From NCBI RefSeq assembly GCF_030028105.1, contig NC_092373.1, positions 178,661,556-178,725,555 of the forward strand: 64,000 nt of DNA, in the 5' to 3' direction. Source of the stretch: Mobula birostris. Its lineage: Eukaryota. Under the pieces are notes generated by a model, which worked only from the letters and a program-made list of their open reading frames with translations, was not told the origin of the DNA and did not search any database. Shown piece after piece: positions 51,261 to 62,109 of the stretch. The number at the start of each line of letters is the position of its first letter. Position 1 is the first letter of the stretch. The translations under genes and the position numbers were made by a program.

Positions 51261-51514
51261 GCAGATGCTTGATCTGATCCATTGTATGATTGTTTAGTCC
51301 TCTTTGTTGCATGCTGCTTTTGATGTTTAGTGTTCCTATGGTTCTGCTCATGTGTCTAAATGTTGCCTTGAGTTCTTAATTACCGGCTGTTAGTCAATTC
51401 TCCTAACTCACCGAAACCTCACAGTGGGTGTTCATCTTCTGTTCTTAGAATTTTCACATGTACATCTTGACCTTCCAGCACCTCAGTGGAGATCAGTCAT
51501 GATGATAGTAAGGT

Positions 51515-52733
51515 CCTACATAGGAGGCTGGTCAAGAAGGTTCAGTCGCTTGTCATTCAATATGAGGTAGTAAATTGGATTAGACATTGGTTTTGTGGGA
51601 GAAGCCAGAGAGTGGTGGAAAAAGGTTGCCTTTCTGAAGACCTGTGACTAGTGGAATACCACAGGGATTGGTGCTGGGTCCTTTGTTGTTTGTCTTCCAT
51701 ATCAATGATCTGGATGATAATGTGGTTAACTGGATCAGCAAAATTGCTGATGACACCAAGACTGGGGGTTTAGTGGACAGCAAGAAAGAATATCGTGGTT
51801 TGCAGCCAGATCTGGACCAGCTAGGAATATGGGCTGAAGAATAACAGATGGAATTTTATGCAGACAAGTGTGAGGTGTTACACTTCAGTGGGACCAACCA
51901 GGGTAGGTTTTACACACAGGAGTGCTGTACAACAAAGGGATCTGGGAATACAGGTCCATAGTTCATTGAAAGTGGCATCACAGATAGGTGGGGTCATAAA
52001 GAAAGCTTTTGGCACATTGGCCTTCATAAATCCAAGTACTGAGTGCAGAAGATGGGATGTCACGTTGATGTCTAAGACGTTGGTGAGGCCTGATTTGGAG
52101 TATTGTGTGCAGTTTTGGTCACCTACCTATGGAAAGGATGTAAATTAGTTTGAAAGAGTACAAAGAAAATTTACAAGAATGTTGCCGGGACTGGAGTACC
52201 TGAGTTATAAGGAAAGATTAAATAGGCTAGGACTTTATTCCTTGGAACGTAAAAGATTGAGAGGAGATTTGATAGAGGTTTACAAAATTATAAGGGTTGT
52301 AGAAGGCGTAAATGTAAGTGGAGTGTTTCCACTGAGGTTAGGTGGAACTACAACCAGAAGCTATCAGATAACATTGATCATCCACATATTTTCAGTTTAC
52401 CCTAGACAAGAAAGTATGGATTAGGAACATTGCCTGATTTGTGATATCTCCCTTATTGCCTATGATTGTTAATTGAAATGAATGATGAATAATTAATCAT
52501 GGGTTAAGGGTGAAAGGTGAAAAGTTTAAGGGGAACATGAGGGGAAACTTTTTCACTCAGGGGGTCATGAGAGTGTGGAACAAGCTGCCAGCACAGGTGA
52601 TGCATACGAGCTTGATTTCAACATTTAAGAGAAGTTTGGATAGGTACGTGGCTGCTAGAGGTATGGGGAGTGGGGGGGGAGGGGCTATGTTCCCAGTGCG
52701 GATCAATGGGAGTAGGCAGTTTGGCACAGACTA
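51515..52733 (+). mobile_element. CR1 LINE interrupted by a locally templated insert
   Basis: SGIPQGLVLGPLLF, KIADDTK, RPDLEYCVQFWSP and NFFTQ motifs; non-CR1 block at 52358-52499. Confidence 0.85.
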
Positions 52734-53294
52734 AACCCACTTGAAGAACAACAGTCCGTTCTACACAGAGCAGTGGTAAAATATAACTTCCATGCAAGGC
52801 AGACGACAATTTTCTTAGAAAAATACAGCATAGAAACATGCCCTTCAGCCCTTTTCTATGAATCTATATAAGAAATATATCTGTTATAGTGTTTTTTTCC
52901 AGTGGGGAACTAAATGCTATAATTAGAAGTAAAGACGTGTGTTCGTAAATGCAGAGGTAAGTGTTTCTATTTATAGGACTGACCAAGAAACGTATCGTCT
53001 GTGCACAATTGCCTTGCATGGAAGTTATATTTTATCATTGATCTGTGCAGAACAGAGTGTGGTTTTTCAAGTGGGTTGTTTGGAAAGTTTGTCATGGAAA
53101 CCAATACTACAAAGTTTTTCAAGGTTAAATTCCGTTACTTGTTTCATGATGTGTTGATTAATTATTTATCATTCATTTCAATTAACTATCAGGCAATAAG
53201 GGAGATATCACAAATCAGGCAATGTTCCTGATCCATACTTTCTTGTCTAGAGTAAACTGAAAATATGTGGATGATCAATGTTAACTGATAGCTT
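52358..53294. repeat. Nested inverted repeats (outer arms 52358-52499 / 53155-53294; inner arms 52734-52806 / 52995-53077)
   Basis: Direct reverse-complement comparison. Also visible in the ORF track as ALHGSYILPLLCVERTVVLQVG (-) versus ALHGSYILSLICAEQSVVFQVG (+). Confidence 0.9.
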
Positions 53295-54167
53295 AATAGT
53301 CATTTTTCAAAAGTGTTAGCATGTTATTTCATTGTGGCTAAATACTTTAAGCACATTAGTGCTCATTCACTCCCTTGTATCCCTTGCACTATACAACAGT
53401 AAAGCAATTTATTTCTGCAGTTTTCAACTGGTTGAAACTGCTAAAAGGAACTCAGCTCCTTCAGCTGAAGATCTGAGAAAACCTTTTGTTTCTTTATCAG
53501 TTTTTCTGTTTCACACTGTTATTTTTTCTCTTGTTCACTTGTTCTTATCCTGCTTCTTTTTGTCTACAAGTAGAGCCCATTGCCAGATTGGTCATTATTA
53601 CACATTCATTGATAACTTTGAAAACTGAGTGGGATAAAGGCTTCAAGGAGAATAAAATTGGAGGAATATGGGCAGAATAAAGCAATGGGACAAATCTTAG
53701 AAAGCAATGAAGTCAACTTAATGGACAACAGCCTCCTTGGAACCTCCCACTCTGAATCCACCGCTACCTACAAAGTTATCTCAGTATTGAAAGTGCACGT
53801 CCATTGTCAGTGACTTGGAAAGTATTTATTATAAAACTAGTGGTGCTTACAATCAAAATATTATTCCCTACATACTGTACACATGAGATTCTGCAGATGC
53901 AGAGAAACACAAGATATTGGAGGAGATCAGCAGGTCAGGCAGCATCTATGGAGAGGAGTAAGGAGCCAACAATGTTATGTTTTGTGACTTCAAAACATTA
54001 AACTAATTCAAGGGAAGACACAGGAGACCGACATGTGAGTGAGTCTAACTTCGTGTTTACTTTGAGCGAGGGGCGCACATATCACGTGTGATGATATATG
54101 CAATTCACATATTTATACATATAACTTGCAATTAATTATTTAAATGAATAAGAATGTTTAATCAAAC

Positions 54168-54247
54168 TATATATGTGTGTGTGCGTGTGTGTATGTGTGT
54201 GTATATATACACACATACACACACACACACACACATACATACACACA
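54168..54247. repeat. Compound (TG)n-(TA)n-(CA)n microsatellite
   Basis: Read directly from the sequence. Confidence 0.9.
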
Positions 54248-54248
54248 A

Positions 54249-54728
54249 AGGACTGTGAGAACAGCAGAGAAGGTCATAAGGGTCTTCCTACCATCCGTCG
54301 GGGACATTTATCAGGAGCGCTGCATATGCAGCGCCCTTTGTATTATTAAGAATCCCACCCATCCATCCAGCATCCTCTTTGACTTTCTACCATCAGGCTG
54401 GAGACAATGCTGCAAAAAAAAAATGAATGGTCAGGATGAGAAACAGTTTCTTCCCCCAGGCTATTAGGCTTCTGAGCTCCCTGCCACATCATATTTGAAG
54501 TATCACTGGTTAATCTGTTCCGTACCTTACAACACTTAATATTAATGCACTTTAGTTTGTTATTTATGTGTGATTCATCTGTAGATTTTATCCTTACCTT
54601 CATAAGTTATCATGTGTTATGTGTACTACTGCGCTTTACACTCTGGTTTGAAGAAACATTGTCTCGTTCCTATATACATTATACGGTTATATACATGTAT
54701 ATAGTTAAATGACAATAAACTTGACTTA
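54249..54728 (+). mobile_element. Rex1/Babar-type LINE 3' end
   Basis: QRTVRTAEKVI...DIYQERC...IIKNPTHP...LPSG; tail acaataaacttgactt. Confidence 0.7.
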
Positions 54729-55877
54729 GTTTATTTTTCTTTCCAATTGGAAATATATTGTACCAATTTGCATAGCTCAACTAAATCTCCCTGCAGTATA
54801 AAAAGTTCACAGCATACCTCACCCAAAGGGATCTCTCCATTTTACCTTCTATGGAGTTAACAAGTATAGCTTGGATTTATGAGTCCAGGTAATCTCTGTA
54901 CAAATGGAGTTAATGGTCGAGGGAGGGGTGCGGGGGTGGTGTGTGATGCAGATGTAAGCTTGAAGTCCATCAACAGCAAATATTTTTGATGCCGGAACTT
55001 TCTAGAGCTACTTAGTTCAACATTGATCAATTGCAATTTAATAGCCATACTATGAAAGGTACAGAATTACCGATTGCATACTGGGCAGCTGTCTCTCCTG
55101 AGAATTCTACTTCTGCTTCTTTCATGAATCTGACTGCTAAGGTGAAACTGGTATCCACCTACTCTATGCAGATGCCTGGTATCACTATTTAGACAAGTGC
55201 AGTTAAAAGTAAGATATTCTTTTTAAACCATTATGTGTATCTATTCCTTCCTATCACAACTGTTTTCCTTCCTTCTTGTGTTTAAGAGACTGAGGTCTCA
55301 CTGTGTCTGGATGCATTAAATGATCCTTCAGAATACAACCACTGATAGATTTGACCAAATTTTGCACTTGGTTTTGATCTTATTTAGCCTTTGCCTCACA
55401 TTCTCATTGTTGTTTCTGGTTACATTTCATTCAAGGCAGTTCATAAGTATATATCGTGATACAGATTAGGAGCATATTTTAACACATTATTTCTGTGCTG
55501 TTAGTCTAAATGCAATGTTGCTTAAACATTCTAATTTCTAAATAATTTCTTTTTTTAACAGATTGTACTTTGGAGTAAACTATTCAAAGATTTCACCGCC
55601 CCCTTGCATCAGAATATCAGATTCAGATTTAATTATCACATGAGAAATGCAACATTTGCATTAACAACCAACACAGCTAAGAATGTGTTTGGTTCGCATT
55701 GCAATGACCCAAATGAGTAAGTGACCTTAGTTGTTTGTGGGAGATTTTGGACGTGGTATGTGGCTAATCGGCCTTTATTTCCACGCGAGTCATCAATAAA
55801 GCCATCTGCTATCACCCTCTAAATTACTTTCCTCCCTTGATGTTTTCTTTAAGCATTCCCAGGCAGGTCGTCAAACA

Positions 55878-56208
55878 GTAGACAATAGGTGCAGGAGTAG
55901 GCCATTCAGCCCTTCAAGCCAGCACCACCATTCACTGTGATCATGGCTGATCATCCACACTCAGTACCCTTTTCCTGCCTTCTCCCCATATCCCTTCACT
56001 CCGCTATCTTTAAGAGCTCTATCTAACTCTTTTTTGAAAGAATCCAGAGAATTGGTCTCCACTGCCTTCTGAGGCAGAGCATTCCACAGAACCTCAACCC
56101 TCTGTGTGAAAAAGTTTTTCCTCAACTCCGTTCTAAATTGTCTACCCCTTATTCTTAAACTGTGGCCTCTGGTTCTGGACACCCCCAACATCGGGAGCAT
56201 GTTTCCTG
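55878..56208 (-). mobile_element. CR1 3' fragment
   Basis: SRTRGHSLRIRG...NFFTQRV..LWNALPQKAVE followed by a 3' UTR. Confidence 0.8.
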
Positions 56209-57649
56209 CCATGACAGCACTGCTCTCCAAAGTGTGTCTTAATGATTATAGAAAGTGAAAAAGAAGGCTAAAAGTGGCTAGTTCAACCCCCACCATCAAC
56301 CTCTCCCTTCTTTGACTGGTAACCCAAAAGTGAGGCTGGAGATCATCTGTTCTTTAAGCCTCCCAACAAAATAGCTGCTTTCGAATGTGGTGCATTAACC
56401 ACAATGTTTTCTTCTGTTACTATCTGCCTTCAGTTCCATTGCCAGGAGGATAACTGTGCCAAGATTACACCCTGACACGTGAATGATCAAAACTTAAATT
56501 CATCCACCTACAGCTTCAATTCAGCTAGATCTAGCAAGTGCAGTCTATAGTAGCCCACCTCACAGCAGGAGACCAGGAGGAAACTGGCTCCGTAAAGTGC
56601 TGTTCCCACCCTGAAAGGGTTAGAGTCAAGTTGAGTTTATTGTCATATGTAGGAGTACATGTATGCACAGGTGTAAAAAAAAACTTACAGCAGTAGCACA
56701 AGCACATATTATCATCCTCAACATTCACAAGAAAGAACAAAAATTGTGCAAGTAAAAATGTCTGTTGGAGTGCAAAGAGATCAAAGCGGTTACAGTTTTG
56801 CAAAGGAAAACAGTCTGCAAACAGAATGCCTGCCTTCAGCAAGCCCAGCCATACAGCATTTAGATTTGTGCAGAAATTATTAAAAGTATGTTTACTTCAT
56901 GTGAGTAACGAATACGTTCCCGACACCAGTGTTCCTGACCCTGGCTCCAGCCACATACCTGCCCCACTCCAGAGCCCATCTCTGAGCACAGATCTGTCTG
57001 TAACTTAAAACTCACCTACAAAACTCTGATGGTTACGGGACTTGGAAAGTCACACAGGTGGAACTAACACACAAGGTAGAGGTAATTTTATATCCTGAAG
57101 GACAAACATAGGAACATGAGAAATTCTGCAGATGCTGGACATCCAAAGAAACACACACACAATGCTGGAGGAACTCAGCAGGTCAGGAGGCATCCTTGGA
57201 AATGAACAAACAGTCAATGTTTCGGGCTAATACCCTTCTTTGGAACTTAAGGAAAGGTTCTGGCCCAGGTTCCTAAACCTGACCGGTCTCTAACCGCAAT
57301 TTGTTAGACACCACCAGTTCAGTCTCAGGTGGAACGTGCTACATACACCACCATTTGAAGCCTTGAAATTACCCAGATCATTATAGATAGTAAATCAGCA
57401 TACAATTAGGACTTCCTGTGTGTTTTATCACACTGCACTGTTTCAGTAGTCTGCTATTTTCTTTACTCGGAATTAGTTAATGTGTTTGCCTGGAAATTCT
57501 GGGGATGGGAACTCTCGAGAGTCTGAGCTAAAGGCTAATTAACATATTCTGTTACAGAAAGCTATTCAGCCCATCAAGTCTGTGCCAGCTCCCATTAATC
57601 CCAATGACCTCCCCCCCCCCACCCCCCACATTTCCACGTGGTTTTGTAT

Positions 57650-58125
57650 CATTCCGGGATGATTTCAGGGTTGAAAGGCTTATCCTAAGAGAAGTGTTTG
57701 ATGCACTGTGCCTTTATTAACTGGAATTTAGAAGAATCAGGAGTGACTTAATTGAAACCTATGGAATGGTGAAAAGCCTTGATAGAGTGGATGTGGAGAG
57801 GATGTTTCCGATGGTGGGAAAGTCTAAGACCAGAGGACACAGCCTCAGAATAGAGGAGCATCCTTTTAGAATGGAGATGAGGAGGAATTTCTTTAGCCAG
57901 AGTGGTGAATCTGTGGAATTTGTTGCCACAGGCAGCTATAGAGGCCAAGTCATTGGGTATATTTAAGGCAGAGATTGATAGATTCTTGATTAGTTAGGAA
58001 ATGAAGGGATATGAGGAGAAGGCAGGAGACTGGGGCTGATGGGGAAAATGGATCAGCCAGGATGAAATGGCAGAACAGACTCGATGGGCCAAGTGGCCTA
58101 ATGCTGCTCCTATATCTTTCTTATG
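57650..58125 (+). mobile_element. CR1 3' fragment
   Basis: LDRVDVERMFPMVG.S.TRGHSLRI; homologous to 19680-20140. Confidence 0.8.
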
Positions 58126-58537
58126 GTATTTCATTTCATGTTCCCATCAATTACCCGTTAATTATTTTACCATTTAGATCCAACAGACGGTCATTTACAG
58201 ATAATAATTAATACAGTTATATACCAGCACATCTCTGAGATCTCAGCAGAAACTGGATTTCCCAGAGTAAACCCATGTGGTCAGAAGGAGAACGTGCTGA
58301 TGCCTCATTGCGAGCACCCGACGTAAGGGTCGAATCTGGGTGCTTGGAGCTGCAAGGCAGCAGCATTGGTTCTCTGTCAAAACGCCATTCGGAAACCGAG
58401 CTGAGACTGCTGGTGGAGAGGTGACTGTGGTTTTATTTACAGCAGGGTGACGTTAGGATCAGAGCGACATAGCAATGTAGTGCCACATTGGGACTGTTAG
58501 ATGGAAGAAGGCCCAACAGGTTTCTTGTCCTGGAGTA

Positions 58538-59670
58538 TTTAGATTAGATTAGATCAGATTAGATTCAACATTATTGTCATTGTGTCGAGTACAGATACAA
58601 AGCCAATGAAATGCAGTTAGCATCTGACCAGAAATGCAAAGAATCGTGTTATTTACAAAATAACTACGAATAAAAAGTAAGTGCTACAGCACACAAATAT
58701 AAAAGTACTGAGACAGTACAATATGGATGCAATACTGCTTAGCGCTGTGATGTGAGGTTCAGCAGTGTTACAGCCTCAGGGAAGGAGCTCTTCCTGTGCC
58801 TGCTGGTGCAGGAGCGGAGGCTCCTGTAGCGCCTACCGGATGGGAAGGGAGTAAAAAACTTACAGCAGTAGCACAAGCACGTCCATGGTTAGGGTGAGAT
58901 GCATCCTTGATAATGCTTTTCGCCCTGCCCAGGCAGCGTTTATGGTAGATGTTCTCAATGGTGGGCAATTGGGTGCCGATAATCCTCTGGGCAGGTTTCA
59001 CCACACGTTGGAGTGCTTTACGGTCCGATATGGGACAATTGCCATACCACACTGAGATGCAGTTGGTGAGTATGCTCTCAATGGTACAGCCGTAAAAGTC
59101 CGTCGGTATCCTGGGACAGAGGTGAGCTTTCTTGATGCTCCGCAGGAAATAAAGGTGTTTTTGATCAGGATGGAGGAGTTCAGGGACCGGGTGAGATCCT
59201 CAGAAATGTAGACACGAAGGAATTTGAAGCTTGATACACATTCCACTACAGCTCCGTTGATGTAGATGGGGACGTGAGTGTGGCTCCTAGCATGCCTGAA
59301 GTCCACAATGATCTCCTTGGTCTTCTGGGTGTTAAGGGCCAGGTTGTTGTCAGCACATCACGTGGCCAGGTGCTGGACCTCGTCCCTGTAGGCCGTCTCG
59401 TCATCCCCTCTGATCAGGCCAACCACCGTGGTGTCGTCTGTAAACTTGATTATGGAGTTAGAACCATGTACAGGAATACAGTCATAGGTGAAAAGAGAGT
59501 ACAGAAGAGGGCTCGACACACAGCCTTGAGACACGCCGGTGTTCAGGGTGAGAGTGGAGGAGGAGAGGTTCTCTAACTTAACTGATTGGGGTCTGTTAGT
59601 CAGAAAGTCCAAGGTCCAATTGCAGAGGGATGAGCTGATACCAAGCTGGCGAAGTTTGGCGATCAGCTGC
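58538..59670 (-). mobile_element. Rex1/Babar-type LINE, 5'-truncated, with (AATCT)n tail
   Basis: [45 protein letters not shown] and IIKDASHPNH motifs; (agatt)n at 58540-58565. Confidence 0.9.
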
Positions 59671-59671
59671 A

Positions 59672-60232
59672 CACCTAGCTGCCATTTTCTGAGATACCTA
59701 CTGTACCTAATAAAGTGACCACTGGGTGAATGCCAATGGTCTTCTGCTACTGTAGCCCATCCACCTCAAGGTCTGATGTTTTGTGCATTCAGAGGGGCTT
59801 TTCTCCACACCACTGTTGAAACGTGTGGTCATTTGAGTTACCATCTCCTTTCTGTCAGCTTGAACCAGTCTGGCCATTCTCCTCTGACCTCTCCAATTAA
59901 CAAGGCATTTTCAACCACAGAACTGCTGCTCATTGGATGTTTTTTGTTTCTCGCTCCGTTCTCTGTAAACTCTGGAGACTATTGTGTGTGAAAATCCCAG
60001 GAGATCAGCAGTTTCTGAGATGCTCTAACCACCCTGTCTGGCACCAACAATCATTCCACGGTCAAAGACACTTAGATCACATTTTTCCCCCATTCTAATG
60101 TTTGGTCTGAACAGCAACTGAACCTCTGGACCATGTCTGCGTGCTTTTACGCATTGATATGCTGCCTCATGATTGGCTGATTAGAGAGCTGCATTAACGA
60201 GTAGGTGTACTTAACAAAGTGGCTATTGAGTG
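59672..60232 (-). mobile_element. Non-autonomous Tc1-like element, copy 3
   Basis: Homologous to 33299-33919 and 41849-42401; ends ...aaagtggctattgagtg, 79 bp before the Ig V exon. Confidence 0.8.
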
Positions 60233-60311
60233 TTTACATCCTTCAGAGAAGTGGAGATCCATAACCTAGCAACTATCCGGGTGCATGTCATCTGTCTGCT
60301 TTTATTCACAG

Positions 60312-60638
60312 ATGAAACAGCGGATTTTAAAATTATTCAGCACCCTCCAGAGGCCAATGTTTCTGTGGGCAACAATGTAGTGATGATGTGTTCCTGGGAC
60401 AGCAACCAGATTGAGAGCGTCAGAGTGAACTGGCTAAAGGACAACATCAACATTTTTTCAAACAAAACAGGAAAATACCAGTATGGAAGGACAAAGTACA
60501 TTGTTGAAATGAACAGCTCAAGCCTTACCATTCTGAGTGTCTCGCAGAATGACTCTGCAATCTACCACTGCGAGGTATTCGTGGAAATTCCATCATTCAG
60601 AAGAGCAAGGGGAGAAGGGACAATATTAAACGTCATTG
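60312..60638 (+). CDS. Ig V-set (germline VJ-type) domain exon, CD28H/TMIGD2-like receptor
   Basis: Phase 1-1 exon (ttattcacag|...G|gtaaga, 327 nt) with canonical Cys (MMC), Trp (VNWLKD), LTI, DSAIYHC and G-strand GEGTILNV. ESVRVNWLKD and YHCEVFVEIP resemble human TMIGD2 ERLRVKWTKD and YVCWAAVEIP (recalled). Four N-glycosylation sequons. Confidence 0.85.
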
Positions 60639-60789
60639 GTAAGATGATTCATTGTGCTTCTACCTTATGAATTAAATATGCACAACAGACATGTATGTTT
60701 TATCTATTATACTTGCAATTTTCCCATCCAGGCAGATTCTATTGCTATTCCGGATGGAGTCATAGAGTTACACACAGAGAAAAAAAAAT

Positions 60790-61300
60790 TGCTGAAGGAA
60801 CTCAGCAGGTCACTGGAGGGAAATGAACAGCCAACATCTTGATTTTCTACCAGGACTATAAAGAAGAAGGGCAAAAGTCAGAATAAGAAGGTGGGGAAGG
60901 GGAGGAGCAATAGCTGCAGGTGATAGGTGAATCCAGGGGAGAGGAATGGGCATAATGTGAGAAGCTGGGAGGTGATAGGTGGAGGAGGCGAAGGGCTGAA
61001 GAAGATGGAAGCTGATAGGAGCGTGTAGTGGGCAATGGAGTAAAGGAGGTAGATAACTGGAGGGAGAAAGGTGTGGGTCTTGAGGACAGGGAAGGGAAGG
61101 AGAAGGGACCAGAGGGACAAGGGAAAACTAATGGGAGGGGAACAGGTAGGTATAGCTAATGGAAGTTAGAGAAATAAATATTGATACCATCAGTTTGGAG
61201 GCTTCCAAGAGAGAATATAAAGTGTTATTCCTCTAATCTGTGTCTCACCTCAACTTGGAGTACTGCAGGCCGAGCACAGACATATTTGTATGGGAATGGG
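60790..61300 (-). mobile_element. Penelope-like element terminal fragment
   Basis: Reverse complement of the 38780-39260-type sequence (gaactcagcaggtca, purine-rich tract, ttggaggct). Confidence 0.65.
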
Positions 61301-62109
61301 AAGTGGAAGTATGAGAGATCCTGGCTGTTATGGCAGATGAAGAGATAGGGAGCAATGGAATAGAAGCAGGACCTTTGACCCCACTTGTCCATGCTGATCA
61401 AAGTGCGTAGCTGAACCGGTCCCATTTGCCTGCATTTGCTGATATGCCTCTAAAGGTTTCCTGTCCATGTACCTGTATAAAATGTCTTTTAAACATTGTA
61501 ATTGTATCCACGCTACCACTTCCTCTGGCAGCTAGTTCCATATAACCTCCACCATCTCTCTGAAAATCTTGCACTTCAGGTCCCGTTTAAATCTTTCCCC
61601 TCTCTCCTTAAACCTATGTCCTCTAGTTTAACACGCTCCTACAATGGGAAACAGAGTATGAACATTCACCTTATTAATGCCCCCAATGATTTTATAAACT
61701 AGGAATTGACCCTTCAGGCACCTACACGCCAGAAAAAAAAACAGCGCAGCATATGCAATCTCGCTTTTTTATTTAAAGTAAGGCAAAGACTCCCGAGAAA
61801 GCCAAAAATATAGTCTGTTACAAATGCACCATCGGGAAGTTTTTAATAATGCTTTAAAACCAGCAAAGTAACCAGAACAGTGTCTGGACACGTGCATCTG
61901 TGCTGTACAGGGGTTCTGTGTTGAATTAGATTCCAGGCCATTGGTATTCTACTGACCTCTGCTGGAATATTGTATAATTGCACATAGGGGGCAGTTCAAT
62001 ACAGTCTGTTAAACATCAACAGTTAAACATCCTCCAAAAACTCATTGAGCAAGGTCCTTGGTAACAACTAGCTGCAAGGAGATTCTGGAACTGTAACTCT
62101 GTATTATTT

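Noticed and set aside
60312-60680. Rearranging antigen-receptor V segment (IgNAR, IgH/L, TCR)
   Set aside because: The exon already encodes the G strand and ends in a splice donor. No CACAGTG heptamer/nonamer follows the second Cys, and the leader intron is ~15 kb rather than short.
60733-60810. Possible next exon of the Ig gene after ttttcccatccag
   Set aside because: Neither phase-compatible reading gives a transmembrane segment and it runs into a Penelope terminus. No TM exon was found in the window.
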